A stretch of DNA of 63,118 bases from Bacillota bacterium. Lineage in GTDB: Bacteria > Bacillota > DTU025. The stretch's first letter is position 1. The number at the start of each line of letters is the position of its first letter. Both the position numbers and the translations under genes were made by a program. The stretch lies in assembly GCA_019136685.1 (NCBI GenBank), contig JAGVTS010000199.1, forward strand, positions 1-63,118. Reading direction: 5' to 3'. The notes under the pieces were generated by a model. The model made no database searches, was not told the DNA's origin, and was given only the letters and a program-made list of their open reading frames with translations. Below, in pieces: positions 38,811 to 47,030 of this stretch.

Positions 38811-39455
38811 TTGAGCGTCAACCTGCAACGCGAAGTCTATATCAGCTACGAGGAAATGGCTGATGAGCAGATTGTAGACCATGCCAGGCTCGGTGATCGC
38901 ATCGCCGAGGAGTATCTTATCAACAAGTACAAGAATTTCGTTAGGGCCAAGGCACGCTCGTATTTTCTTATCGGCGCCGACAGAGAAGACATCATCCAGG
39001 AAGGCATGATCGGCTTATACAAGGCGATCCGCGACTTCAAGCCGGACAAGCTCGCGTCGTTTCGAGCCTTCGCCGAGCTGTGCATAACTCGTCAGATTAT
39101 TACGGCAATTAAGACTGCTACCAGGCAGAAACACATACCGCTGAACTCCTACGTATCACTGAACAAGCCTATCTATGATGAGGAGTCCGATCGGACTCTG
39201 CTTGACGTGCTATCGGGCAACAAGGTCACCGACCCCGAGGAGTTGGTGATCAGCCGGGAAGAATTCGTCGACATTGAGAGTAAAATGGGTGAATTCTTGA
39301 GCGAACTCGAGAGAGAGGTTCTCAATGCCTACCTCGATGGCAAGTCCTATCAGGAGATTGCCCAGGAACTCAATAGGCACGTCAAGTCCATCGATAACGC
39401 CCTGCAAAGAGTCAAGCGCAAGCTGGAACGGTACATTGAGAAGCGTAATGAGTAG
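38811..39455 (+). CDS. sigH: RNA polymerase sigma-H factor
   Basis: ORF track 38598..39455, trimmed to TTG 38811, which follows GGGAGGGGA. YKNFVRAKARSYFLIGADREDIIQEGMIGLYKAIRDFKPDKLASFRAFAELCITRQIITAIKTATRQKHIPLNSY is near-identical to the B. subtilis SigH segment I remember. Confidence 0.9.
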   Translation: MSVNLQREVYISYEEMADEQIVDHARLGDRIAEEYLINKYKNFVRAKARSYFLIGADREDIIQEGMIGLYKAIRDFKPDKLASFRAFAELCITRQIITAIKTATRQKHIPLNSYVSLNKPIYDEESDRTLLDVLSGNKVTDPEELVISREEFVDIESKMGEFLSELEREVLNAYLDGKSYQEIAQELNRHVKSIDNALQRVKRKLERYIEKRNE

Positions 39456-40144
39456 TGGGGAGTCGGACGGTGGCGCCCGTGACAACTCCTGAATTCATCC
39501 TCTTTGATCTGGATGAGACGTTGTACCCGTCTTCTAACGGGCTCATGAGTCTCATTCGCGACCGCATTGTGGAGTACATGATCGTACGGCTGGGGTGGTC
39601 CCGGGATTATGCCGAGGAACGCCGCCAGCGGTACGTCAGCGAGTACGGCGTCACCCTCGACGGCCTGCACAAACTGCATGGAGTGGACGTAGCTGACTAC
39701 ATGGAGTATGTCCATGCTGTGCCGCACTCCGAGTACATTGAGCCCAATCCCGCCCTCGACAGGATGCTGGGGCGCCTGCGTCCGCCCAAGGCGATCTTCA
39801 CCAATGCAAGTCAAAGCCACGCGCGCCGGGTGCTGTCGGCGCTCGGAGTGTCACCATCCCATTTCGAATGTATATTCGATTTTGAGGCCGCAGGCTTCTG
39901 CCCCAAACCCGATCCGGAGGCATATCGCCGGATTCTGACGCGACTGGGCGCGAGAGGCGACCAGTGCGTGTTGGTGGAGGATAATCTGCGTAACCTGCAA
40001 ACGGCCAAGTCAGTGTTTGGCATGACCACAGTACTGGTCCAGAAAGCTAGCCACGCGGATACATGCCACGACGACGCATCAATCCATGCCGACCGGGTGA
40101 TCGACGATATCCTCCAGCTCGAACAGGTGCTGGGCGAAAGGTAA
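39455..40144 (+). CDS. HAD-superfamily hydrolase (pyrimidine 5'-nucleotidase-like)
   Basis: FDLDETLY (DxDxT motif I). About 225 aa. The start is probably GTG 39470. Confidence 0.8.
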   Translation: MGSRTVAPVTTPEFILFDLDETLYPSSNGLMSLIRDRIVEYMIVRLGWSRDYAEERRQRYVSEYGVTLDGLHKLHGVDVADYMEYVHAVPHSEYIEPNPALDRMLGRLRPPKAIFTNASQSHARRVLSALGVSPSHFECIFDFEAAGFCPKPDPEAYRRILTRLGARGDQCVLVEDNLRNLQTAKSVFGMTTVLVQKASHADTCHDDASIHADRVIDDILQLEQVLGER

Positions 40145-40243
40145 CAGCTTCAGCATACGGCCTCTCAGCCCGGCTTTGATAGAGTTCGGCCCTACGCAAC
40201 GCAAAGGCAACGACACAAGGACGATGACAATATAAAAATGATG

Positions 40244-40272
40244 TTGCATTGCATGAACATACAGTCTATAAT
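40244..40272 (+). promoter_or_regulatory. candidate sigma-A promoter of the M20 amidohydrolase gene
   Basis: TTGCAT (40244-40249), a 17-nt spacer, then TATAAT (40267-40272), in an AT-rich intergenic region. Confidence 0.5.
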
Positions 40273-40316
40273 CGGGGACATAGCCTACTACATACAGAAG
40301 GGGAGTCCCATTCAGA

Positions 40317-41987
40317 ATGAAATGCAACATCAAAGGCCGTTACATCACAAGCCTCGTCGTCGCCTGCTTGTTGTCTATGACTATTATTGCATCCTCGGCC
40401 GCTGCTGCGGTGACGGACGCTGTGGCATCGAGCGCTAAGGCTGCAGCGATCAAGTTCGCGGAGAACAATAGGGGCATCACGGTGGACATCGCCAAGTCGC
40501 TTTGGGAGTATGCAGAGATTGGGCTGGATGAGTATAAGTCGTATGTCAAAGCACGTGATGTGCTCGCGGGCGCCGGTTTCGCGATCAAGCAGTCTGCGGC
40601 GGACATTCCCACTTGCCTCGTGGCCACCTGGGGTTCGGGCCAGCCAGTCCTGGGCATATATGAGGACATTGACGCTTTGCCTGGTGTTGGGCATGCGTGC
40701 GGTCATAATCTCAACACGGCAGCGGGTGTGGTGGCCGCCATGGCTATCAAGAGCGCCATGGAGTCGCACCAGATCCCGGGCACTGTCAAGGTGTTCATCA
40801 ACCCCGCGGAGGAAGTGTGGGACGTGGCGCCTCTGGTCGCCGCTGCCGGGTACTATGACGATGTTGATGTTCTCCTGAGTTTCCATGCGGGAACGGAGAA
40901 CACTTCCGAGTTCGGGAGCACGATGGCCATGGATCATGTGGAGTACAAGTTCAAAGGCAAAGCCGCGCACGCTTCGGCTGCTCCGGAGAAGGGTCTCAGT
41001 GCGCTGGACGCTGTGGAGATCATGAACATCGCTGTTAACTACCTGCGAGAGCACTTGATCCAGGAGATGAGGATACACTACGTGATTACCGACGGCGGAG
41101 CTGCTCCCAATATCGTTCCCGCCACCGCTGCCAGCCGCTACTTCATACGCGCGCCGAAGTACCCCGACGTAGCCTACGCCCGGAAGCGCATCGACGATTG
41201 CGCCCAGGCGGCTGCGCTCGCTACAGGCACTGAGCTCGAGATCGGGTTCAGTTCGGGAATATACAATAAGGTGCCCAGCAAATCGCTGGCGATGCTCGCG
41301 ATAGATGCGATAGAGTCAGTTGGACCTCCCGAGTTCACCGATGACCAGATCGCGGAGATGAAGGCGCTCGGAATCGGCGGAATCCCGGAAAAGGACATCA
41401 AGGAGCCCACTGGCAGCCAGAGCTTCGGATCCAATCCCATTGGCGATGTGACGTGGAAGACGCCCAGCACTACCCTGGGGATAGCTACGTGGGCGCCCGG
41501 AACGGCCGGACACTCCATCGAGGCTGCTGCCCAGAGCGGAGGGGTGTACGGCTTCGAAGGCGCTGTACAAGCATCCAAGGCTCTTGCAGCGATGGGCATA
41601 GAGCTTCTGACCAACTCTGAGTCATTGGCCGCCGTGAAGGCGGAGTTCGCAAAGAGAATGAAGGGAATGCCGCCGTATGAAGGCAAGGCGATGATACCGG
41701 AGGTTGCTTACCCTGACGCGCCTGGGTTCACGGTGTCGGCAAGCGATGGTACGGTCAACGTTAAGGCAATCAAGACGGCTTTCGCCGAAGCCTCGGGCGA
41801 CGTCATCGTCATCTCGTCTATGTATGGAGACGAGCTGGCCAGCTACACCGTGTCGGCTCAGGCGGCCGCGCAGCCGGAGTACGCCTTCAAGATCCGGGGC
41901 GGCATCGGCGCCGGCCAGCGCCTGAAGATCACGTTCATTGATGCGAGCGGCGACACCTGGTTCTACGGTTACGTACACGCTCAGTAG
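40317..41987 (+). CDS. secreted M20-family amidohydrolase (AbgB-like) with an extra C-terminal domain
   Basis: 556 aa. Signal-peptide-like N-terminus (LLSMTIIASSAAAAV). GVGHACGHNL metal-binding motif typical of M20D/AbgB-type amidohydrolases. A C-terminal extension of about 90 aa is beta-rich. Confidence 0.85.
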   Translation: MKCNIKGRYITSLVVACLLSMTIIASSAAAAVTDAVASSAKAAAIKFAENNRGITVDIAKSLWEYAEIGLDEYKSYVKARDVLAGAGFAIKQSAADIPTCLVATWGSGQPVLGIYEDIDALPGVGHACGHNLNTAAGVVAAMAIKSAMESHQIPGTVKVFINPAEEVWDVAPLVAAAGYYDDVDVLLSFHAGTENTSEFGSTMAMDHVEYKFKGKAAHASAAPEKGLSALDAVEIMNIAVNYLREHLIQEMRIHYVITDGGAAPNIVPATAASRYFIRAPKYPDVAYARKRIDDCAQAAALATGTELEIGFSSGIYNKVPSKSLAMLAIDAIESVGPPEFTDDQIAEMKALGIGGIPEKDIKEPTGSQSFGSNPIGDVTWKTPSTTLGIATWAPGTAGHSIEAAAQSGGVYGFEGAVQASKALAAMGIELLTNSESLAAVKAEFAKRMKGMPPYEGKAMIPEVAYPDAPGFTVSASDGTVNVKAIKTAFAEASGDVIVISSMYGDELASYTVSAQAAAQPEYAFKIRGGIGAGQRLKITFIDASGDTWFYGYVHAQ

Positions 41988-42011
41988 GGAAGCTACGGGT
42001 TCTCGCTCCAT

Positions 42012-42059
42012 GCCCGGGCCGGGCGATCAGGTCAGTTGACTGATCCGCCTGGCCCGGGC
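42012..42059 (+). terminator. long imperfect GC-rich hairpin after the M20 gene (terminator candidate)
   Basis: GCCCGGGCCGGGCGATCAG (42012-42030) is roughly complementary to CTGATCCGCCTGGCCCGGGC (42040-42059). No clear U-tract. Confidence 0.4.
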
Positions 42060-42210
42060 CCGACTTCGCCCGGGCATGTGCCGGCTTCATGCAGACATGA
42101 TCGCTTTCTGTAGAAGACCAGGGGCCAGGTGCAGGATAACCGGGCGATTGGGCGAAGAATTCAGAGCCGGCTACAACTGCAAATACAACCACAACGGGAG
42201 GCAGGCCGAA

Positions 42211-42882
42211 GTGAACGGCATTTTCGATATCATCGGGCCCATAATGGTAGGGCCATCGTCTTCGCATACTGCGGGCGCAGTGCGGCTGGGGCTGGCCGGA
42301 CGCGCCATTGTGGGAGGTCAGCCGTCTCGGGCAGCTCTGACGCTGCACGGATCATTCGCGCAAACCTACAGAGGGCATGGCACTGATGTTGCTCTCGTTG
42401 CGGGCATCCTTGGAATGCGTCCGGATGACGAGCGCATCCCGGATTCGTTCCGCGTTGCCCGCGAGCAAGGCATGGAGTTCTCGTTTGCCGGCGCTGATCT
42501 GGGCGATGTTCACCCCAACAGCGTACTGATGGATCTTACGGGCCCCAATGGTTCCCGAACTACGGTGGGAGGCTCGTCGATCGGTGGCGGCAACATTCTG
42601 ATAACGCGGATCGACCGGTTCAATGTCGACTTCACTGGAACGAGCCATGCTCTGATTGCGTCCTACCGCGATCAGCCTGGAGTGATAGCCAAGATCACCT
42701 CGCTTCTGGCAACCGAAGACATCAATATCGCCGCGATGCGAGTGTCGCGGGAAGGGCGTCATGGGCGAGCGCTTGCCATTATTGAGCTCGACCAGCCCGT
42801 GTCTTCTGAGGCTCGGGCACTGATTACACGGATCTCGGGCATCGACACTGTAATTGCGCTGCCGCCTGTGGTGTCGGCGTGA
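42211..42882 (+). CDS. sdaAB: L-serine dehydratase, iron-sulfur-dependent, beta subunit
   Basis: ORF track 42076..42882, trimmed to GTG 42211, which follows GGGAGG. NGIFDIIGPIMVGPSSSHTAGAVRLG motif and a C-terminal ACT domain. Confidence 0.9.
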   Translation: MNGIFDIIGPIMVGPSSSHTAGAVRLGLAGRAIVGGQPSRAALTLHGSFAQTYRGHGTDVALVAGILGMRPDDERIPDSFRVAREQGMEFSFAGADLGDVHPNSVLMDLTGPNGSRTTVGGSSIGGGNILITRIDRFNVDFTGTSHALIASYRDQPGVIAKITSLLATEDINIAAMRVSREGRHGRALAIIELDQPVSSEARALITRISGIDTVIALPPVVSA

Positions 42883-42907
42883 GCCGGACGGGAAGGGGAA
42901 TGACCAG

Positions 42908-43873
42908 ATGTACGTATCAATAGCTGAGTTGACTCACGCTGCAACATCCCGATCGTTATCAATCGGCGCGGCCGTGCGCGAGCAGGAAGCGCTGCACTCA
43001 GGCGAACCCCAGGATGCCCTCAACCGCAGGATGCAGGAGCGGCTGGCGGTCATGCGCGATTCGGTCGGACGAGGGCTTGCGGGCGTTCGGTCCAGAAGTG
43101 GATTGACCGGAGGAGACGCGCGACGGATGGCCCAGGCACGGACTGTGACCGCTGACGGCACGGCGAGCGGTGCTCCCATGCTCATCGGAGGAGAGCCGCT
43201 TGCCAGCGCGATTGCCTATGCGTTGGCTGTGGCTGAGGTGAACGCAGCGATGGGCCGCATCGTGGCTGCGCCCACTGCCGGATCATGCGGAGTGCTTCCC
43301 GGGGTGCTGTTCTCGGTGGGCGAGATCCGGGGCGCCGGCGATCCGGAGCTTGTAGATGCCCTATTCGCAGCAGGCGGCGTGGGCGCGGTCATTGCGCGCA
43401 GCAGCACGCTGGCTGGGGCAGCAGGCGGATGTCAGGCAGAATGCGGGGCGGCTGCGGCCATGGCGGCAGCTGCGGCGGTCCAGATCGCAGGCGGCACACC
43501 CGAGCAGTGTGCCAGCGGAGTGGCGCTGGCGTTCAAAGGACTTCTGGGTTTGGTGTGTGATCCCGTGGCTGGACTGGTAGAGGTTCCGTGCATAAAGCGA
43601 AACGCCACGTCAGTGGCGGTGGCGCTGGCCGCGGCGGACATGGCTCTAGCCGGTATCCGAAGCGTCATACCAGCCGACGAGGTGATCCAGGCCATGGGCG
43701 CCATTGGCCGGGAACTGCCGGTGTCGCTCAGGGAAACGGCCCTCGGCGGATTGGCTGTCACCCCCACCGGCAAGCGTATTGCCTCCGAGATCAACGCGGG
43801 ACGCGACAGCGCGGCAGCGAGCAACGCACCGCAAGCAGCGGAAAGTGAGAAAGGCGACGATCCTGGGATCTAG
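42908..43873 (+). CDS. sdaAA: L-serine dehydratase, iron-sulfur-dependent, alpha subunit
   Basis: ORF track 42854..43873, trimmed to ATG 42908. AAPTAGSCGVLPGVL and CQAECGAAAAMAAAA are typical of SdaAA. Confidence 0.9.
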   Translation: MYVSIAELTHAATSRSLSIGAAVREQEALHSGEPQDALNRRMQERLAVMRDSVGRGLAGVRSRSGLTGGDARRMAQARTVTADGTASGAPMLIGGEPLASAIAYALAVAEVNAAMGRIVAAPTAGSCGVLPGVLFSVGEIRGAGDPELVDALFAAGGVGAVIARSSTLAGAAGGCQAECGAAAAMAAAAAVQIAGGTPEQCASGVALAFKGLLGLVCDPVAGLVEVPCIKRNATSVAVALAAADMALAGIRSVIPADEVIQAMGAIGRELPVSLRETALGGLAVTPTGKRIASEINAGRDSAAASNAPQAAESEKGDDPGI

Positions 43874-44266
43874 CCCGCCATGACTTCGCCATCCAGCAAG
43901 CTCTGCTGGATCCGGCACTACTCAGGAACACCATCCGAAGCCATGCCCCCTACACTTCTTCAGGCGCGTTCGCCGCGCACAACGATGTGCGGCAGGACGC
44001 GCGCACTTGCATCATCCCGTATTCGTGCTGCCGTAGATTTGCCCTTGCTACTCCAAGGGGGTATAGGGTATAATTAGATGAGCCCGGGGTGGGCAGGGGA
44101 AATGGATGAACCCGGTGCAGAAACCCGCAATTAGCACTCCAGGTAGGAGGCTCCTGCACAGGGTAGAATCACAATGCCCACTGCCAGGTTGGCGCCATGG
44201 TTCGCAATAGTGCGGAGCGCTAGAATCGAAGGTGCACAAACCGCACTTCGGAAAGGAAGAGGAGAC

Positions 44267-45292
44267 ATGAAAAAAGCAGTATCGGTTCTTCTGCTCGCCG
44301 CAGCACTCTTCATCCTGGTTGGCTGGTCGCCCCAGCAGTCTGCAGCGAAAATCGGGCTTGGACACGTGACCTCCATCGCCAAATCCAAGGACCTTGTGGT
44401 AGGCAAGAATGGAAAAGTGACTCCCCCGGTTGCTCAGGTTGATACTACCATTGCTGCAGTGGCCTTCGACAAGGCAGGCAGGGTGATTGAGGTTACCATC
44501 GACACTGCCCAGACCAAGGTGAATTTCGATAAGGATCTCAAGGTCACTTCTGACCTGACCGCTGAGAACAAGACCAAGGTTGAGCTAGGCGACGGATACG
44601 GCATGCGGAAGGCTTCCTCAATCAAGAAGGAATGGTACGAGCAGATCGCTGCGCTTGAGAAATGGATGATCGGCAAGACCGTCGCTGAGATCAAGTCTCT
44701 AAAGGTGAAGCAGCGCGACGCTTCGCATCCCTCAGTTCCGGATGCTCCTGAACTCACCTCTACAGTGACTGTCACCGTTCAGGACTACATTGCCGCCGTT
44801 GAAGAGGCGTACAAGAATGCTGTTGCAGTCCCGGCGGGAGCCGTGAGACTTGGGCTCGGACACGAGATCTCGATTGCCAAGTCCAAGACTGCGACTGCGC
44901 AAGTCGACCTTACAATGGCCGCTAGCCTGTTCGACAAGGACGGCAAGGTCGTTCGAAGCATAATCGACACTGCCCAGACCAAGGTTCCATTCGGCAAGGA
45001 CGGCAAGATCGCCGTGGACAAGGACGGCGAGTTCAAGACCAAGGTCGAGCTGGGCGAGGGCTATGGTATGCGCAAGGCTTCGTCGATAAAGAAGGAGTGG
45101 TACGAGCAGATCGCCGAGTTTGAGAAGTGGATGATCGGCAAGACTGTGGCGGATATCAAGTCCCTCAAAGTCAAGCAGCGTGACGCCTCGCATCCCGCTG
45201 TGCCTGATGCCCCTGAACTTACTTCTACCGTAACGGTATCCGTCGGTGACTACATCGCTGTCGTGACTGAGTCCTACGGTAACGCGAAGTAG
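44267..45292 (+). CDS. secreted protein made of two tandem homologous domains (FMN_bind-like topology; possible ApbE substrate)
   Basis: ORF track 44174..45292, trimmed to ATG 44267, which follows GGAAGAGGAG. Signal peptide MKKAVSVLLLAAALFILVG...SAA, with no lipobox Cys. Repeat 1 spans about 44348-44815 and repeat 2 spans 44846-45289. Both end in DAPELTSTVTV(T/S)V. Confidence 0.85.
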   Translation: MKKAVSVLLLAAALFILVGWSPQQSAAKIGLGHVTSIAKSKDLVVGKNGKVTPPVAQVDTTIAAVAFDKAGRVIEVTIDTAQTKVNFDKDLKVTSDLTAENKTKVELGDGYGMRKASSIKKEWYEQIAALEKWMIGKTVAEIKSLKVKQRDASHPSVPDAPELTSTVTVTVQDYIAAVEEAYKNAVAVPAGAVRLGLGHEISIAKSKTATAQVDLTMAASLFDKDGKVVRSIIDTAQTKVPFGKDGKIAVDKDGEFKTKVELGEGYGMRKASSIKKEWYEQIAEFEKWMIGKTVADIKSLKVKQRDASHPAVPDAPELTSTVTVSVGDYIAVVTESYGNAK

Positions 45293-45336
45293 ACAGGGCA
45301 AATGCATATCGATCAAACACACGGCTGATTAGCAAA

Positions 45337-45368
45337 CCTCCCCCGTTTGACACGGGGGAGGTTTGTGG
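45337..45368 (+). terminator. intrinsic terminator after the two-repeat protein gene
   Basis: CCTCCCCCG (45337-45345), a 7-nt loop, CGGGGGAGG (45353-45361), followed by TTTGTGG. Confidence 0.7.
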
Positions 45369-45442
45369 CGATTCAGCGACTCAGCAATTCAGCGCCCGCT
45401 CTTGCGCTGAGGCAAGCGGGCCTGCTAGAATACCAATTGGTG

Positions 45443-46552
45443 ATGCAAATGAAGGGTAGGACCGTAAGGCACATCACAGCAGTTGTGGCGGCGATCCTGC
45501 TAGTATCCGCGCTTGCCGGCTGCCAGAGGACGAGCAGCAGATACAGCAAGTACAGCGACAGCCTGTTTGACGTATTCAACACTCTGATAACAGTCGTGGC
45601 CTACACCCAGAGCGAGGAGGAGTTCAACTCGCATTTCGCGAAGATCCGCGCACGCTTTGAGCAGCTCCATCGGCTGTACGACATATACAACGACTATCAA
45701 GGCATGAAGAACGTCAAGACGATCAATGACAATGCGGGCGTGCAACCGGTCAAGGTAGACAAGGCAATAATCGACCTCCTGCTCTTCTCCAAAGACTGGT
45801 ACAGATGTACAGGCGGCAAGACTAATGTGGCCATGGGGGCAGTGCTGCGGATATGGCATGACTATCGTGAGGAAGGGCAGAACGATCCTGGCAGCGCCAA
45901 GCTTCCACCGATGAAAGACCTGCTCGAGGCCGAGAAGCACACCGATATCGACAAAGTGATAATCGATGCCGAGAACGGCACCGTGTACCTAGCGGATCCC
46001 GAGATGAGCCTCGATGTCGGCGCGGTAGCAAAGGGCTATGCGACTGAGATTGTGGCACGGGAAATGGCGGAAGCTGGGCTCAAGTCAGCGCTGATAAGCT
46101 CGGGTGGCAATATCCGGGCAATCGGGAAACCCCTTGACGGAGTCCGTGAACGTTGGGGCGTGGGCATACAGAACCCCGACGAATCTATAGTGCCCGATGA
46201 ACAGAACGTGCTGGACGTCATTTTCATCAACGACTCCTCGGTGGCAAGCAGTGGCGACTACATGAGGTACTACGTCGTCAATGGCAGAGTTCTTCATCAC
46301 ATCATCGACCCGGCGACACTCATGCCGGCTGACTACTACAGGGCAGTCACGGTGATGACCGGGCACGCAGGCGTTGCGGACTTCCTGTCGACGACTCTAT
46401 TCCTGCTGCCGTATGAGCAAAGCCGGGCGCTTGCCGAGAGTCTTGACGGAGTTGAAGCCGTATGGGTCATGCCGGACGGGGAAGTGGAAGCCACCGATGG
46501 GATGAAGGCGATAATGAGGAGTCAGGGCGCGTCGGGCGCGAGCGTGCGGTAG
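45443..46552 (+). CDS. apbE: FAD:protein FMN transferase ApbE (lipoprotein)
   Basis: ORF track 45347..46552, trimmed to ATG 45443 or 45449. Lipobox LAGC. ApbE motifs include DVGAVAKGYA. Confidence 0.9.
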   Translation: MQMKGRTVRHITAVVAAILLVSALAGCQRTSSRYSKYSDSLFDVFNTLITVVAYTQSEEEFNSHFAKIRARFEQLHRLYDIYNDYQGMKNVKTINDNAGVQPVKVDKAIIDLLLFSKDWYRCTGGKTNVAMGAVLRIWHDYREEGQNDPGSAKLPPMKDLLEAEKHTDIDKVIIDAENGTVYLADPEMSLDVGAVAKGYATEIVAREMAEAGLKSALISSGGNIRAIGKPLDGVRERWGVGIQNPDESIVPDEQNVLDVIFINDSSVASSGDYMRYYVVNGRVLHHIIDPATLMPADYYRAVTVMTGHAGVADFLSTTLFLLPYEQSRALAESLDGVEAVWVMPDGEVEATDGMKAIMRSQGASGASVR

Positions 46553-46609
46553 AATAGAAGGCCATAGCCATTTAGAGCCTGCTCGGGTGCTCGAAATTGG
46601 GTCGGAGGG

Positions 46610-46639
46610 CTTGGCAAACCGAGCGGTCTCTGCTAGAAT
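46610..46639 (+). promoter_or_regulatory. candidate sigma-A promoter of the T-box leader
   Basis: TTGGCA (46610-46615), an 18-nt spacer, then TAGAAT (46634-46639), with a TGc extended -10. Confidence 0.45.
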
Positions 46640-46663
46640 ACATCAATAATAGCCGAATATCAC

Positions 46664-46956
46664 AAAGGCGATGACCGAGAAAAAGTAGGAAATGGCGACA
46701 ACCCAACAGAGAGTTCCCGGCTGGTGAGAGGGGCAGGGCTGCTGTTTCCGAATACATCCTGGTAGCTGCTCATCGAAAGGCGCGTCTGTGCCCGGTAGGC
46801 TGAGACGGGTTCACCCGTTATAGTGATAGAGTATAAGCGCAGCATTGCGCCGTACTTGAAAAGGCCGGCACCGCGAGGCGCCGGCGAACTGAGGTGGTAC
46901 CACGGGATTTGGCGCTCGTCCTCTTGCACAAGCAGGGGGGCGGGCGCTTCTGCTTT
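46664..46956 (+). promoter_or_regulatory. T-box riboswitch leader, specifier UAC (Tyr), with terminator/antiterminator
   Basis: - GCGATGA (46668-46674).
- AGTA (46684-46687).
- Helix GGAAA (46688-46692) pairing with TTTCC (46745-46749).
- GAA-TAC-A (46750-46756), which places TAC as the specifier.
- AGAGAG (46708-46713) plus GGCTGGTGAGAG.
- F-box CCGTTA (46815-46820).
- T-box core GAGGTGGTACCACGG (46891-46905).
- Terminator stem 46912-46923 pairing with 46936-46947, followed by TTCTGCTTT. Confidence 0.8.
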
Positions 46957-47030
46957 CCCCCGCGACATGGGCGTACCGTCGCCAAAGGGCACGCCCCCAA
47001 GAAAACCCTTACAGAAGGAGCGTGTCACAC

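Noticed and set aside
46760-46762. UGG (Trp codon) near the T-box specifier region. It was tempting because the downstream gene is tryptophanase-like.
   Set aside because: It lies in the 3' strand of the basal Stem I helix, not directly after the GAA of the specifier loop. The AGUA/GAA S-turn arrangement places UAC in the codon position. The UGGU bulge of the T-box core also fits discriminator A73 (Tyr) better than G73 (Trp).
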